Below are positions 49,596 to 58,740 of a stretch of DNA of 64,000 nt, in pieces. Location of the stretch: assembly GCA_963719505.1 (NCBI GenBank), contig CAVRCF010000002.1, forward strand, positions 288,001-352,000, given 5' to 3'. The notes under the pieces were generated by a model. It saw only the letters and a list, made by a program, of their open reading frames with translations, had not been told where the DNA came from and made no database searches. This stretch comes from Halobacteriovoraceae bacterium (lineage in GTDB: Bacteria > Bdellovibrionota > Bacteriovoracia > Bacteriovoracales > Bacteriovoracaceae). The position numbers were made by a program, and so were the translations under genes. Numbering within the stretch: position 1 is the first letter of the stretch; each line of letters begins with the position of its first letter.

Positions 49596-50962
49596 AAGTT
49601 ATTTTTGCCAACTCAATCCTTTTTATAAGTCTTTTTAAAAACGTCTATTCTTCTGAATTAAATCTAAAAAAACATATGACCTTATCGTTTAAAAATAATC
49701 CAACCTATATCGATATTTTGGCGGAAAGAAGGAAGTTAAAGTTTGTTGTTGATCAAGGTCTACCTTCAAGGCAGCTGTTGTTAAGCGTAGCAAGTGAAAA
49801 TGGTTATAGTTCGGATAGTGATCAAAATACAAGTGTGACCAGTGGTGAATTATCCAAAGAAATAATTGAAACGGGAACAGATTTATCAGTTTCAAAGACC
49901 AAGACAGTCAGACCTGATCGAAATGAGGACGTTACGCAAATAAGAGTGGGACAATCTCTTTATAAAAATATGTTCGGACGTGATGTGAGGCTTATGAAAG
50001 AGTCACTTCAAGAGCAAAAGAGCTTAAGAGAGCTTGAAATAGAGGAATTAGAAGAGAACTTTTTGGCCACAACATTAAAGAACTATCTGGAATTAAGCAA
50101 ATCGTATAGGGACTACACACTGTCAAAGCAGATTCATAGCGAAAGCTTGAGGCTTAAAAAGAATGTAGAATCAAAGTTTAAATCTAAAATCGCATCAGGC
50201 ACAGACTTAAATCGAACAAAGCTTTTAGTTCTTATCCAACAAGAAGGTATCTTGGATAATAAAAATGTTTATGAATCTTTAAAAAAACAAATTGAAAAAA
50301 CTATTTTGTATGAGTTTGAAAAGTTCGAAGAAAGTGACTCAACCAAACTTATAAGTTCCTTAGAGAAGATAAACCGAGAACTTTTAAATCCCGCATTTGA
50401 AAATACGCGAATGGCAAGAATAGCAGTCTATAGGGAAGCCTTTACGAAAAAAGATGTTGTCCTCCAAGATCGAGTCGATAGTCCCGATTTAAGCTTCGTT
50501 GTCGGTTATAATAAAGACGACTCTTCACGATTTTCAACTGTTATTAAAAGAGATGAAACAGTTTTTGGTCTTAAACTAGATATTCCCTTTGGAGATACAA
50601 AAGCTAAAGCGAACTATCAATTGGCAAATATTGAGCTGATCAAGTCTCAAAATCAAAGAATACAAGACGCATTAACTTTTAAAAATCAAAAAACACAAAT
50701 TGAAAACCGACTAGTCCAAGCTAAAAATCAGATGTTGATTGATGATCAAAAAGTTAACCTCACCAAAATGATTATTAAAGACGAGGAGAAGAGGTTCTCT
50801 ATAGGAAGAATTGACCTGGAGACACTTATTGAATTAAAGAGTGATTATGCTTCCTATCGCTCGCGTCAGAGTCAATCACGTCTAAGCTATGGAATGGCAT
50901 TGATAGATTGGTTGGCATTAAATGACCGACTGGACAGGGAGCTGATCGCTCAGAAATTGTAA
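49592..50962 (+). CDS. TolC-family outer-membrane factor
   Basis: QSLYKN.FG, LDIPFG, E..RF..GR; ATG 49592 overlaps the RND stop. Confidence 0.78.
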   Translation: MKVIFANSILFISLFKNVYSSELNLKKHMTLSFKNNPTYIDILAERRKLKFVVDQGLPSRQLLLSVASENGYSSDSDQNTSVTSGELSKEIIETGTDLSVSKTKTVRPDRNEDVTQIRVGQSLYKNMFGRDVRLMKESLQEQKSLRELEIEELEENFLATTLKNYLELSKSYRDYTLSKQIHSESLRLKKNVESKFKSKIASGTDLNRTKLLVLIQQEGILDNKNVYESLKKQIEKTILYEFEKFEESDSTKLISSLEKINRELLNPAFENTRMARIAVYREAFTKKDVVLQDRVDSPDLSFVVGYNKDDSSRFSTVIKRDETVFGLKLDIPFGDTKAKANYQLANIELIKSQNQRIQDALTFKNQKTQIENRLVQAKNQMLIDDQKVNLTKMIIKDEEKRFSIGRIDLETLIELKSDYASYRSRQSQSRLSYGMALIDWLALNDRLDRELIAQKL

Positions 50963-50970
50963 TTTTTTAG

Positions 50971-51408
50971 TTAGTTCGTCTCGAGGTCTGAATTTACTTT
51001 ATCTAAAAGATTCATCAGTGATTTGATCTCACTTGAAGACAGTGAAGTAATTTTACAGCTCATGGCACTGGGAATTTCTAAAGATTTTTCTTTAAGATTT
51101 TTTCCTTTTCTTGTTAGAACTATGCTTTTCATTCTTTTGTCTTGTTCCGAGTGTTCAATCTTTATGATCTTTTTTGACATCAATTTATTGAGGATTTGAG
51201 TCAGGGATCCGCCATCGATTTTAGTTCTACTCGTCACGTTATTAACAGGCACGTTATCTTTTTCCCATAAGGCCATGAGCACAACATACTGGGGATATGT
51301 TATATCTAATGCTTCAAGTAATGGTCTGTAAGCCCTGGTTATAGCATTGGCTGCAACGTAAAATCTGTGACAAAGCTGATTCTCTAATTTTAAATTATCA
51401 TTTTTCAT
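50971..51408 (-). CDS. ohrR: OhrR-type organic hydroperoxide-sensing MarR regulator
   Basis: L.NQLC..FY......RAYRPLL..LDITYPQY.VL..LW with the sensing Cys. Confidence 0.85.
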   Translation of the reverse strand: MKNDNLKLENQLCHRFYVAANAITRAYRPLLEALDITYPQYVVLMALWEKDNVPVNNVTSRTKIDGGSLTQILNKLMSKKIIKIEHSEQDKRMKSIVLTRKGKNLKEKSLEIPSAMSCKITSLSSSEIKSLMNLLDKVNSDLETN

Positions 51409-51425
51409 AAAGTCCTCATGCTTAT

Positions 51426-51491
51426 ATTACTTTGTGTGCAAAGTAATTGCAAGAATCATTCTTTTCTGTTATAGTTTGCGTGCAAAGTAAT
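51426..51491. promoter_or_regulatory. Two palindromic operator sites in the ohrR/gpx divergent promoter
   Basis: Perfect ATTACTTTG-tgtg-CAAAGTAAT (51426-51447) and a near copy TTTG-cgtg-CAAAGTAAT (51475-51491). Confidence 0.75.
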
Positions 51492-51518
51492 TAAACCAAC
51501 TAATATCAGGAGAACACA

Positions 51519-52061
51519 ATGAGTATTGCAAACATCGAATTTCAAAATGCTAAGGGCGAGTCTAAGACAATTAAGGACTTTGGGGCAAAAGCTTATCTCA
51601 TTGTCAATACAGCATCAAAATGTGGACTGACACCACAGTACGATGGTCTTCAAGAGCTCTATAAAGAATATAAAGATCAAGGTCTTGAAATTCTAGGCTT
51701 TCCTGCAAATGAATTCCTCGCTCAAGAACCAGGTTCAGATGAAGAAATTCAAAGCTTTTGTAAGGTTAATTTTGGTGTTTCATTTCCCATCAATAAAAAA
51801 ATTGTGGTTAAAGGTGAAGGCCAGCATCCTTTATATAAGGCTTTAACTGAAGGTAAAAAAAGTGCTGTTAAAAATGAAGATGGTGGTTTTGAGAAAAAAC
51901 TCACGGATAAAGGACTTATCACTGGAGCTGATCACGATATTCATTGGAATTTTGAAAAATTTCTCGTTGATGCTCAAGGGAATATTGTTGAACGTTTTTT
52001 TCCTGATGTGACTCCTAAAGATAAAAAGATTGTTGATGAGATTGAAAAGATTTTAAAATAA
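51519..52061 (+). CDS. gpx: Glutathione peroxidase-family protein (Cys-type)
   Basis: VNTASKCGLTPQY, GFPANEF..QEPG, WNFEKFL. Confidence 0.93.
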   Translation: MSIANIEFQNAKGESKTIKDFGAKAYLIVNTASKCGLTPQYDGLQELYKEYKDQGLEILGFPANEFLAQEPGSDEEIQSFCKVNFGVSFPINKKIVVKGEGQHPLYKALTEGKKSAVKNEDGGFEKKLTDKGLITGADHDIHWNFEKFLVDAQGNIVERFFPDVTPKDKKIVDEIEKILK

Positions 52062-52073
52062 AGGAAAGTTATT

Positions 52074-53114
52074 ATGAATCAGACGGCAGATATAAATAGA
52101 CAGATCACCTTAGTCTCAAGACCTAAGGGGGCTCCAGATGAGTCTAATTTTAAAACTGAAAAGAATCCTATTCCTAATCCAAGTGAAGGTGAGATGCTTT
52201 TGAGAACAGTTTTTCTGTCAATTGATCCCTACATGCGAGGAAGAATGAGTGATGCAGAGTCATATGCTGATCCCGTTGAACTTGGACAGGTGATGATTGG
52301 TGGTAGCGTCTGTCGTGTTGAAAAATCTCGTCACTCAGATTTTAAAGAGGGTGAGCTTGTTGTCGCTTTTGGTGGATGGCAAGACTACAGCATCTCAAAT
52401 GGAGAGGGACTTTTAAAAGTAGATAAAGATTTGGATCATCCCTCTTATGCGCTTGGGATAATGGGGATGCCCGGACTGACGGCTTATATGGGACTTCTTG
52501 ATATCGGTGAGCCAAAAGAGGGTGAGACTGTTGTCGTTGCTGGAGCGACCGGAGCTGTTGGTAGTATTGTGGCCCAGATTGCAAAGATCAAAGGGTGTAA
52601 AGTCGTTGGAGTTGCCGGTGGTGACGAGAAGTGTAAATACGCTGTTGAAACTTTAGGTCTTGATCATTGTATCGATCATAAAAGTGAAAACTTTGAAAAA
52701 GAATTAAAGGCTGCTTGTAGAGATGGAATAGATGTCTATTATGAAAATGTTGGTGGAAAGGTTTTTGATGCAGTGATGCCACTTCTAAACACCTGTGCAA
52801 GAATACCACTTTGTGGACTAATTTCTCAATATAACGCTACTGAACTACCCAGTGGTCCAGATCGCTTGTCTCAGCTTATGGGTTTAATTCTTAGAAAAAG
52901 AATGAAGGTTAAGGGATTTATAGTCTTTGATGACTACGGCCATAGATACGGTGAGTTCTCAAAGCAGATGGGAACTTGGCTAAAAGAGGGAAAAATTTCG
53001 TACAAGGAAGATATTGTCGAGGGGTTAGAGAATGCTGTCGAAGCGTTTAAAGGTCAACTCGTCGGTAAAAATTTTGGAAAGCTTGTCGTGCAAGTTGGTC
53101 CAATTGAAAGATAA
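52074..53114 (+). CDS. curA: NADPH-dependent alkenal/curcumin reductase (CurA/PTGR1 family)
   Basis: LS.DPYMRGRM, GMPGLTAY.GL, GATGAVGS, ENVGG, CGLISQYN, GKNFGKLVV. Confidence 0.88.
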   Translation: MNQTADINRQITLVSRPKGAPDESNFKTEKNPIPNPSEGEMLLRTVFLSIDPYMRGRMSDAESYADPVELGQVMIGGSVCRVEKSRHSDFKEGELVVAFGGWQDYSISNGEGLLKVDKDLDHPSYALGIMGMPGLTAYMGLLDIGEPKEGETVVVAGATGAVGSIVAQIAKIKGCKVVGVAGGDEKCKYAVETLGLDHCIDHKSENFEKELKAACRDGIDVYYENVGGKVFDAVMPLLNTCARIPLCGLISQYNATELPSGPDRLSQLMGLILRKRMKVKGFIVFDDYGHRYGEFSKQMGTWLKEGKISYKEDIVEGLENAVEAFKGQLVGKNFGKLVVQVGPIER

Positions 53115-53291
53115 AATATAGTCTTGGTTTTAGGTTCATTCTATCTCTGGGAATTATCACCCTTTCTTTTTTGTCTTGAAATTCAGGATATAGGTGATTC
53201 AACATCTTACATTTAAGAAATATTACGATTCATTATTGATGAATATAGAGTTTTTGTGAGAGACTATTCCTAACTTAAATAAAAGGAATAT

Positions 53292-54524
53292 ATGAGTATT
53301 TTTGGGCTGGTCTCTCTTATCTTAGTGCTCGTTGCACTGTTTTCTTATATCAATTTGAAAGTCTTCAAGTTACCAACAACGATTGGTGTTATGGTGATGG
53401 CACTTCTTTTCTCAACGAGTTTAATCGTTTTACATAATTTTGGTTTTAACTATGATGTTATGGCAAAAGAGATATTATCAAAAATAGACTTTCATCAAAC
53501 ACTGATGAACGGGATGCTAAGTTTCTTACTTTTTGCAGGAGCTTTGCATGTCAATTTAAGTGATTTAAGAAAACAACTTGCTCCTATTTCACTGTTGGCA
53601 ACAGTAGGGGTGTTACTTTCGACTTTTCTAATCGGCTACCTGACTTATCTTATTATTACTCCTTTGAATCCAGGTATCGAATTTATTCACTGTCTTCTTT
53701 TTGGAGCTTTGATTTCGCCTACCGATCCAATAGCCGTTATTTCTCTTCTAAAAGAGGCAAATGCACCAAAAAGTTTAGAGACAAAAATTGCTGGAGAGTC
53801 CTTGTTTAATGACGGAGTCGGCGTTGTCATCTTTATTGTGATTCTTCAGCTTATAACCTCTAATGCTGAACTCTCAATTATCAATATCTCAACTTTGTTT
53901 TTTCAAGAAGCCGTTGGAGGGGCATTTTTTGGTCTTGCCATCGGAATGATTGGGTTTGTCGCTTTAAAGTCGATAGATCATTATAAAGTTGAAGTTATTA
54001 TTACTCTCGCATTGGTGACAGGCGGTTATAGTTTGGCCCATTACTTTCATTTCTCAGGGCCAATCGCTATGGTTATCGCAGGTCTTCTCATCGGAAATCA
54101 AGGGCGAAAACATGCTATGAGCAAAACGACAGAAGAATACCTCGGTCTCTTTTGGGAACTTGTCGATGAGGTGTTAAATTTAAGTCTTTTTGTGTTGGTT
54201 GGACTTGAGATTATCGTTATCTCTTATAATCTTGAAATCTTTTACTACAGTTTGGCCATTATTCCTGCTGTGCTGTTTGGAAGATTTTTAGGCGTGTTGT
54301 TTCCTATTACCATCATAAAAAGATTTCGAACATTCATGAAGGGCGTCGTTCCGGTCATGACCTGGGGGGGCTTAAGAGGAGGGATCTCAATTGCCCTTGC
54401 TTTATCCATGCCAGATATTCCCGGGCGTAATATCTTTATTGGAATAACCTACTCCGTTGTCGTTTTTTCTGTTGTGGTCCAAGGACTAAGTTTTAAAAGA
54501 GTTTTAAAGTATTATATAAAATAA
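53292..54524 (+). CDS. nhaP: CPA1 Na+/H+ antiporter (NhaP-like)
   Basis: FGALISPTDPIAV, GESLFNDGVG, WGGLRGGIS.ALAL. Confidence 0.9.
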   Translation: MSIFGLVSLILVLVALFSYINLKVFKLPTTIGVMVMALLFSTSLIVLHNFGFNYDVMAKEILSKIDFHQTLMNGMLSFLLFAGALHVNLSDLRKQLAPISLLATVGVLLSTFLIGYLTYLIITPLNPGIEFIHCLLFGALISPTDPIAVISLLKEANAPKSLETKIAGESLFNDGVGVVIFIVILQLITSNAELSIINISTLFFQEAVGGAFFGLAIGMIGFVALKSIDHYKVEVIITLALVTGGYSLAHYFHFSGPIAMVIAGLLIGNQGRKHAMSKTTEEYLGLFWELVDEVLNLSLFVLVGLEIIVISYNLEIFYYSLAIIPAVLFGRFLGVLFPITIIKRFRTFMKGVVPVMTWGGLRGGISIALALSMPDIPGRNIFIGITYSVVVFSVVVQGLSFKRVLKYYIK

Positions 54525-54537
54525 AAAGGAAAGCCAA

Positions 54538-54807
54538 ATGGATTGGTCAATTTTTAGTGCAACTTTTATCACTATTTTCATTGCAGAAATTGGAGATAAA
54601 ACCCAGTTTGCGGCAATGGCCGCTGCCTCTCAAACAAAGTCTACCATGTCAGTTCTTGTGGCGACTGTTCTGGCTTTGGCCATCGCTGGTGCCCTGGGGG
54701 TCGCTGCGGGGACTGTTCTTAGTCGATTTATAGACCCTGAAAAAATGAAGTACTTCTCTGGAAGTGCTTTTGTCTTAATGGGAATTTGGATTTTAGTAAA
54801 AAAATAG
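54538..54807 (+). CDS. Half-size TMEM165/GDT1 (UPF0016) transporter
   Basis: Single AEIGDKTQ motif, three TMs. Confidence 0.85.
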   Translation: MDWSIFSATFITIFIAEIGDKTQFAAMAAASQTKSTMSVLVATVLALAIAGALGVAAGTVLSRFIDPEKMKYFSGSAFVLMGIWILVKK

Positions 54808-54959
54808 GATTCCCCATGCTTCAAAGATTGCTTAAAATTGGGTGCTGATATATAAGAAGGTATCGAAGCTTCTTTATTAAAGAATCCTAGACAAAATGTT
54901 AGGGGTATCTTTTGAAAATTAAAAATACAGTTTCTTCTGTTGGAATCAATAAAAAAGAG

Positions 54960-55568
54960 ATGAATCTCGACTTGATGAATCTTTCTTTAGAGCAACAAAG
55001 CTGGTTTTTTCAAGATGGATTTCTCGATGCTGATCTATGTGATCGCATTTGTAGAACCTATATTGATGCGTTAAATCCTGAATGTTTTATCGAAGCTGAA
55101 GTCGGTAAAGGGCTTAGGAAAACGCAGAACAAAAAGATTAGAAAAAGCTCAATTCGTTGGATTACGGATTGGGAAGAAAATAGCTCTTTAAATGAACTCA
55201 ATGATATTTTTTCCCAAATCTTAAAAAGCACGAAAGAATACTTTCGAATTCCCTTAAAGCGATTTGAGTCCCAAGTCGCCGTCTATAATAAAGGGGGATT
55301 CTATAGAACTCATCTTGATCAGCATCCTAAGACGAGACATAGGCAACTAAGTTGTTGTTTGTACCTCAATGATTGTGAAGCTGGAGGCGAGCTTGTTCTG
55401 TTCAAAAAAGGATCAAAAACTGAAGTTGAACAAATCGTGCGTCCCAAGAAAGGGACGATTGCTTTGTTTCTGTCAGCAGATATTTTTCATGAGGTTAGAA
55501 TGGTTAATCAACCTAGATATTCTGTAACTACTTGGTTTCGTGATGATGAAATCGAACCCTTTATATAG
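54960..55568 (+). CDS. 2OG-Fe(II) oxygenase (prolyl-hydroxylase-like)
   Basis: IR...I.W, Y..GGFY..HLD, YLN, GGEL, HEV...RYS.T.W. Confidence 0.88.
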   Translation: MNLDLMNLSLEQQSWFFQDGFLDADLCDRICRTYIDALNPECFIEAEVGKGLRKTQNKKIRKSSIRWITDWEENSSLNELNDIFSQILKSTKEYFRIPLKRFESQVAVYNKGGFYRTHLDQHPKTRHRQLSCCLYLNDCEAGGELVLFKKGSKTEVEQIVRPKKGTIALFLSADIFHEVRMVNQPRYSVTTWFRDDEIEPFI

Positions 55569-55639
55569 AGACCTTGTAAAAACAACAAAATGCCCCCTTT
55601 TTGCTTACCTAAATTAATCCTTTTGGATAGTTAAAGGCC

Positions 55640-56593
55640 ATGAAAATATCTATCTCTATAATACTTCTAATCTTAAGTTTCTCCTCTTTTGCGTACTCAG
55701 TTGATCGTGCCTTTAAAGATTTCTTTAATGACTCCGTTATAAGTTCGCGTCACTGCGGGAAAAACATCTATCACTTTCTCAATTATCTAGATGATAGAGG
55801 GATAAAGTATAAAGAAGGTTACGTCGTCTCCCTTCATGATCAAGTCGGCGCTCTTAATCACTTTGATGCTAGATGGGGGAGTCGAGAGTCCTACCAAGAG
55901 GGTGGAAACTACTATCGTTCAAATTGGTATTTTCATGTTTTTGCCATCATTGATGGAAAAGCTTACGACTTTTCGCAAAGAGATAGCAAGACATCTTCTA
56001 TTAAAACATATCTTGAGCAGGCCTATCTCCCAGCTGGAACAACTGAAAGTATTATTTTTTTAGGTCGTCTCAACAAAGATAAAGCTTTGAAACACTACAT
56101 GAAAATGTCGATGAAAATATACGATCTTAAGGACTATGCCAACAATTATGGACCTGTTCTATACGAAGGAAGTTTTGTAGAACTATTTAACTATCTAGAC
56201 AATAGACCTTCCTTGTCTTATGGACCGAGGTTCTCGCAGGTAAAAGTTAATTTTGATTCTCAAAGAATGACTGAATACGGTACAACGTTTAGAAACCCTA
56301 AAGTCCAAAAAGATGGTGTTCTCTATCCTGTAAAGGCTGAACCTTTTCAGATATGTCGATCTTTGGGCTTCATGGGGGCTGTGAATTCCCTTTTGGAGTA
56401 TGAGGTTAGTGATCAGGTTAAAATGTTAAGCCTCGGGTCTTATTTTTCCAAAGACACCAGTCGATTCATTTCAAGTAAAGACATCAAGGTGTCCTCAAGT
56501 TTCACAGAAACTGTTGGTGACATACCCAATCAGCCTTTAGTTCACTTTGCCACCTCAGTGACGTGCTCTGACTTTAATAGTTTTGGCTTTTAA
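55640..56593 (+). CDS. Secreted protein with putative NTAQ1/transglutaminase-like Cys-His-Asp domain
   Basis: Signal peptide; HCGKNIY (C39), NWYFHVF (H99), AYDF (D110). Confidence 0.55.
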   Translation: MKISISIILLILSFSSFAYSVDRAFKDFFNDSVISSRHCGKNIYHFLNYLDDRGIKYKEGYVVSLHDQVGALNHFDARWGSRESYQEGGNYYRSNWYFHVFAIIDGKAYDFSQRDSKTSSIKTYLEQAYLPAGTTESIIFLGRLNKDKALKHYMKMSMKIYDLKDYANNYGPVLYEGSFVELFNYLDNRPSLSYGPRFSQVKVNFDSQRMTEYGTTFRNPKVQKDGVLYPVKAEPFQICRSLGFMGAVNSLLEYEVSDQVKMLSLGSYFSKDTSRFISSKDIKVSSSFTETVGDIPNQPLVHFATSVTCSDFNSFGF

Positions 56594-56646
56594 AAGAGCG
56601 AAAAATACTATTTGAAGGCTTTTCCTTATAGTGTTAGATTTATAAG

Positions 56647-57600
56647 ATGGATAAATATCTAACACTTCTTTTTCTTATCTCTACAAGTATATACGCAAAT
56701 GAATCAGCTATTGTTTCCGGTGAGGTGTCGAGGTTTTATACCACGGATGATTTAAGTATTGAGAAGAAGAGTCTGAGAATTATGAATAACAGACGTAATC
56801 TTTTTTGGAATTACGAAGAGTCAGAAAAAAAGGCTTATGATATTGGAGCTGATGCGAGCACCTATAGTGGAGAGTACATTGGCGATAAATTTAACTCCTC
56901 AGCCGCACAAGTCATTCTTGGAAGAAAGTGGAATAGAAAAAACTACACCTCCTTCTCTTTTGGTGGCCACAATCTGAATTTTGAAGACGAATCTTTTTCA
57001 ATTGGTACATACGAGCTTAAACACTCAATGATCTTTGGTAATATTAGAACAAGTCTCAGTCTTTCAAAAGATTTCCAGTTCATTCAACAACAAATTCCAG
57101 CTCCACTTTTCGATGGTTTGGTAAGAGATGAATTGGCACTCTATTGGGAATACTCACTTGGCGATCATTGGCGTTTGCCTATTAATATGAGCAAAATTTT
57201 TATCAGTGATGGGAATAATGCTGTTCAATACGATGTTGCCGCTTATTATGGGCGGGTGTATCCAACATGGTGGTGGGTTGGTTATGGGGTTAGCGGTTTT
57301 GATCATGAAACAAAAAAAGTAGGTTATTGGTCTCCAGAGAAGTTTACCTCTCATGGACCAAGAGCAGAAGTAGCTTATTCCTTTGATGATTATTGGCAAG
57401 CAATGGCCGGTTATAATTATAGCTTTATTAAAGAAGATGACTTTGAGGCAGGAACTTCTACCTACTCAAGTGTTGGAATCCAATACGGAAAAAGAGATGA
57501 AGGGTTAATCTCTTTGTCTTGGATTGAGATTCTCTCTGAGCAGCAGGCCAGTAGCTGGAACAGTAAAGGTTATTCTCTTCTGTTTGAAAAATCATTTTAA
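56647..57600 (+). CDS. Outer-membrane beta-barrel, PgaA/BcsC C-terminal porin-like
   Basis: Signal peptide, amphipathic aromatic strands, SDGN, GYWSP, terminal Phe; adjacent to polysaccharide genes. Confidence 0.62.
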   Translation: MDKYLTLLFLISTSIYANESAIVSGEVSRFYTTDDLSIEKKSLRIMNNRRNLFWNYEESEKKAYDIGADASTYSGEYIGDKFNSSAAQVILGRKWNRKNYTSFSFGGHNLNFEDESFSIGTYELKHSMIFGNIRTSLSLSKDFQFIQQQIPAPLFDGLVRDELALYWEYSLGDHWRLPINMSKIFISDGNNAVQYDVAAYYGRVYPTWWWVGYGVSGFDHETKKVGYWSPEKFTSHGPRAEVAYSFDDYWQAMAGYNYSFIKEDDFEAGTSTYSSVGIQYGKRDEGLISLSWIEILSEQQASSWNSKGYSLLFEKSF

Positions 57601-58740
57601 ATACTTTCTATAAACTTCATCTATTGTCATGACATCAATTTTTGACTCCTTCAGATATTTACAAAAGATATCAAAGTTTTTTGGAGTGTACTGCAATTGC
57701 GTTTCAGGTTTATCTTTAAGATAGTGAAACATTAAGATCAGCCACTGATTTCCTTTTTTTGCTTTTTCAATCTCTTCTTTAATCTGTTCAGGTGTTGTTG
57801 AATCGAGAACATTATAAGTTCTCAATCGGTAAAGGTCAGCAGGAGGAAGAGTCTCAGTTCCGCCGCCGGCAAGTCTCGCTGTTTGAAAATGACTCTGCGT
57901 TTGTGCTACAACGGTATCGTTATGACGTCCTAGGGGGTAAGCCAAGTGTTGCGTCTGACTTTTTAAGTTTTGTTTGTTGAGGTACTCCAGACCGAAATCA
58001 AATTCTTTTTTTAGTTGATCTTCTTTTATTGTTGTAAGAGGGACGGCGTGATGAGATTGAATATCCCAGCCATAACTTTTTAAAAGAGTAATCTCTTTCG
58101 TCGTCATGAGTCCCGCTTCTCCTATATTTCGAGGCATAATATAAGCTGTGCCTTTTAAGTCGTATTTTTTTAAGCTTTCACCTGCCAGAAGCTGAGACTT
58201 ATAGCCGTCATCAAAGGTAATGCTCACCACTCCAGAGCTTTTTTTCTCTTTCTTATCTATTTCTTTTAAGGAAAATTTCATGGGTTTATTTTTTGTAAAT
58301 AAAAAGAAGCTTACATATTTAATCGTTTCAGCTGGTTTTTGTACTGAGATTAAGTTCGCCATTGAGATTCCATAACTTAACCATTTACCCTCTTTGTAAG
58401 TATTGAAATCGCCATCTGAAAAATAGGGTAGTGTGTAAGAGTAGTATGAATCTGAATTTTTTTTCGAAGAGAATCTAATTTCTAATCCGTGAAAATTTTC
58501 AATTTGGTCTATTTTAAAGTCAAAGTAAAAATTATCCTCACTTAAATCCAGATCCATCTCTTTAACATCTGCTATGATAAAATAGTTGTCGTCTGTAGAT
58601 GTTTCAATCTGAACAGCACCAGAGACTTGATTTAATTTACCGTTTCCCCAGTACAGAGAGATATCATCTAAGTCGAGGCCGGACCAAACAGTGGAGACAT
58701 AAAAGAGACTAGTAAGAGCTAAAAAAATTTTGAATTTCAT
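57592..58740 (-). CDS. Secreted polysaccharide deacetylase (CE4/NodB) with N-terminal beta-rich domain
   Basis: ITFDDG, GWDIQSH, AYPLG, ILMFH; start at MKFKIFLAL signal peptide. Confidence 0.85.
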   Translation of the reverse strand: MKFKIFLALTSLFYVSTVWSGLDLDDISLYWGNGKLNQVSGAVQIETSTDDNYFIIADVKEMDLDLSEDNFYFDFKIDQIENFHGLEIRFSSKKNSDSYYSYTLPYFSDGDFNTYKEGKWLSYGISMANLISVQKPAETIKYVSFFLFTKNKPMKFSLKEIDKKEKKSSGVVSITFDDGYKSQLLAGESLKKYDLKGTAYIMPRNIGEAGLMTTKEITLLKSYGWDIQSHHAVPLTTIKEDQLKKEFDFGLEYLNKQNLKSQTQHLAYPLGRHNDTVVAQTQSHFQTARLAGGGTETLPPADLYRLRTYNVLDSTTPEQIKEEIEKAKKGNQWLILMFHYLKDKPETQLQYTPKNFDIFCKYLKESKIDVMTIDEVYRKYLK

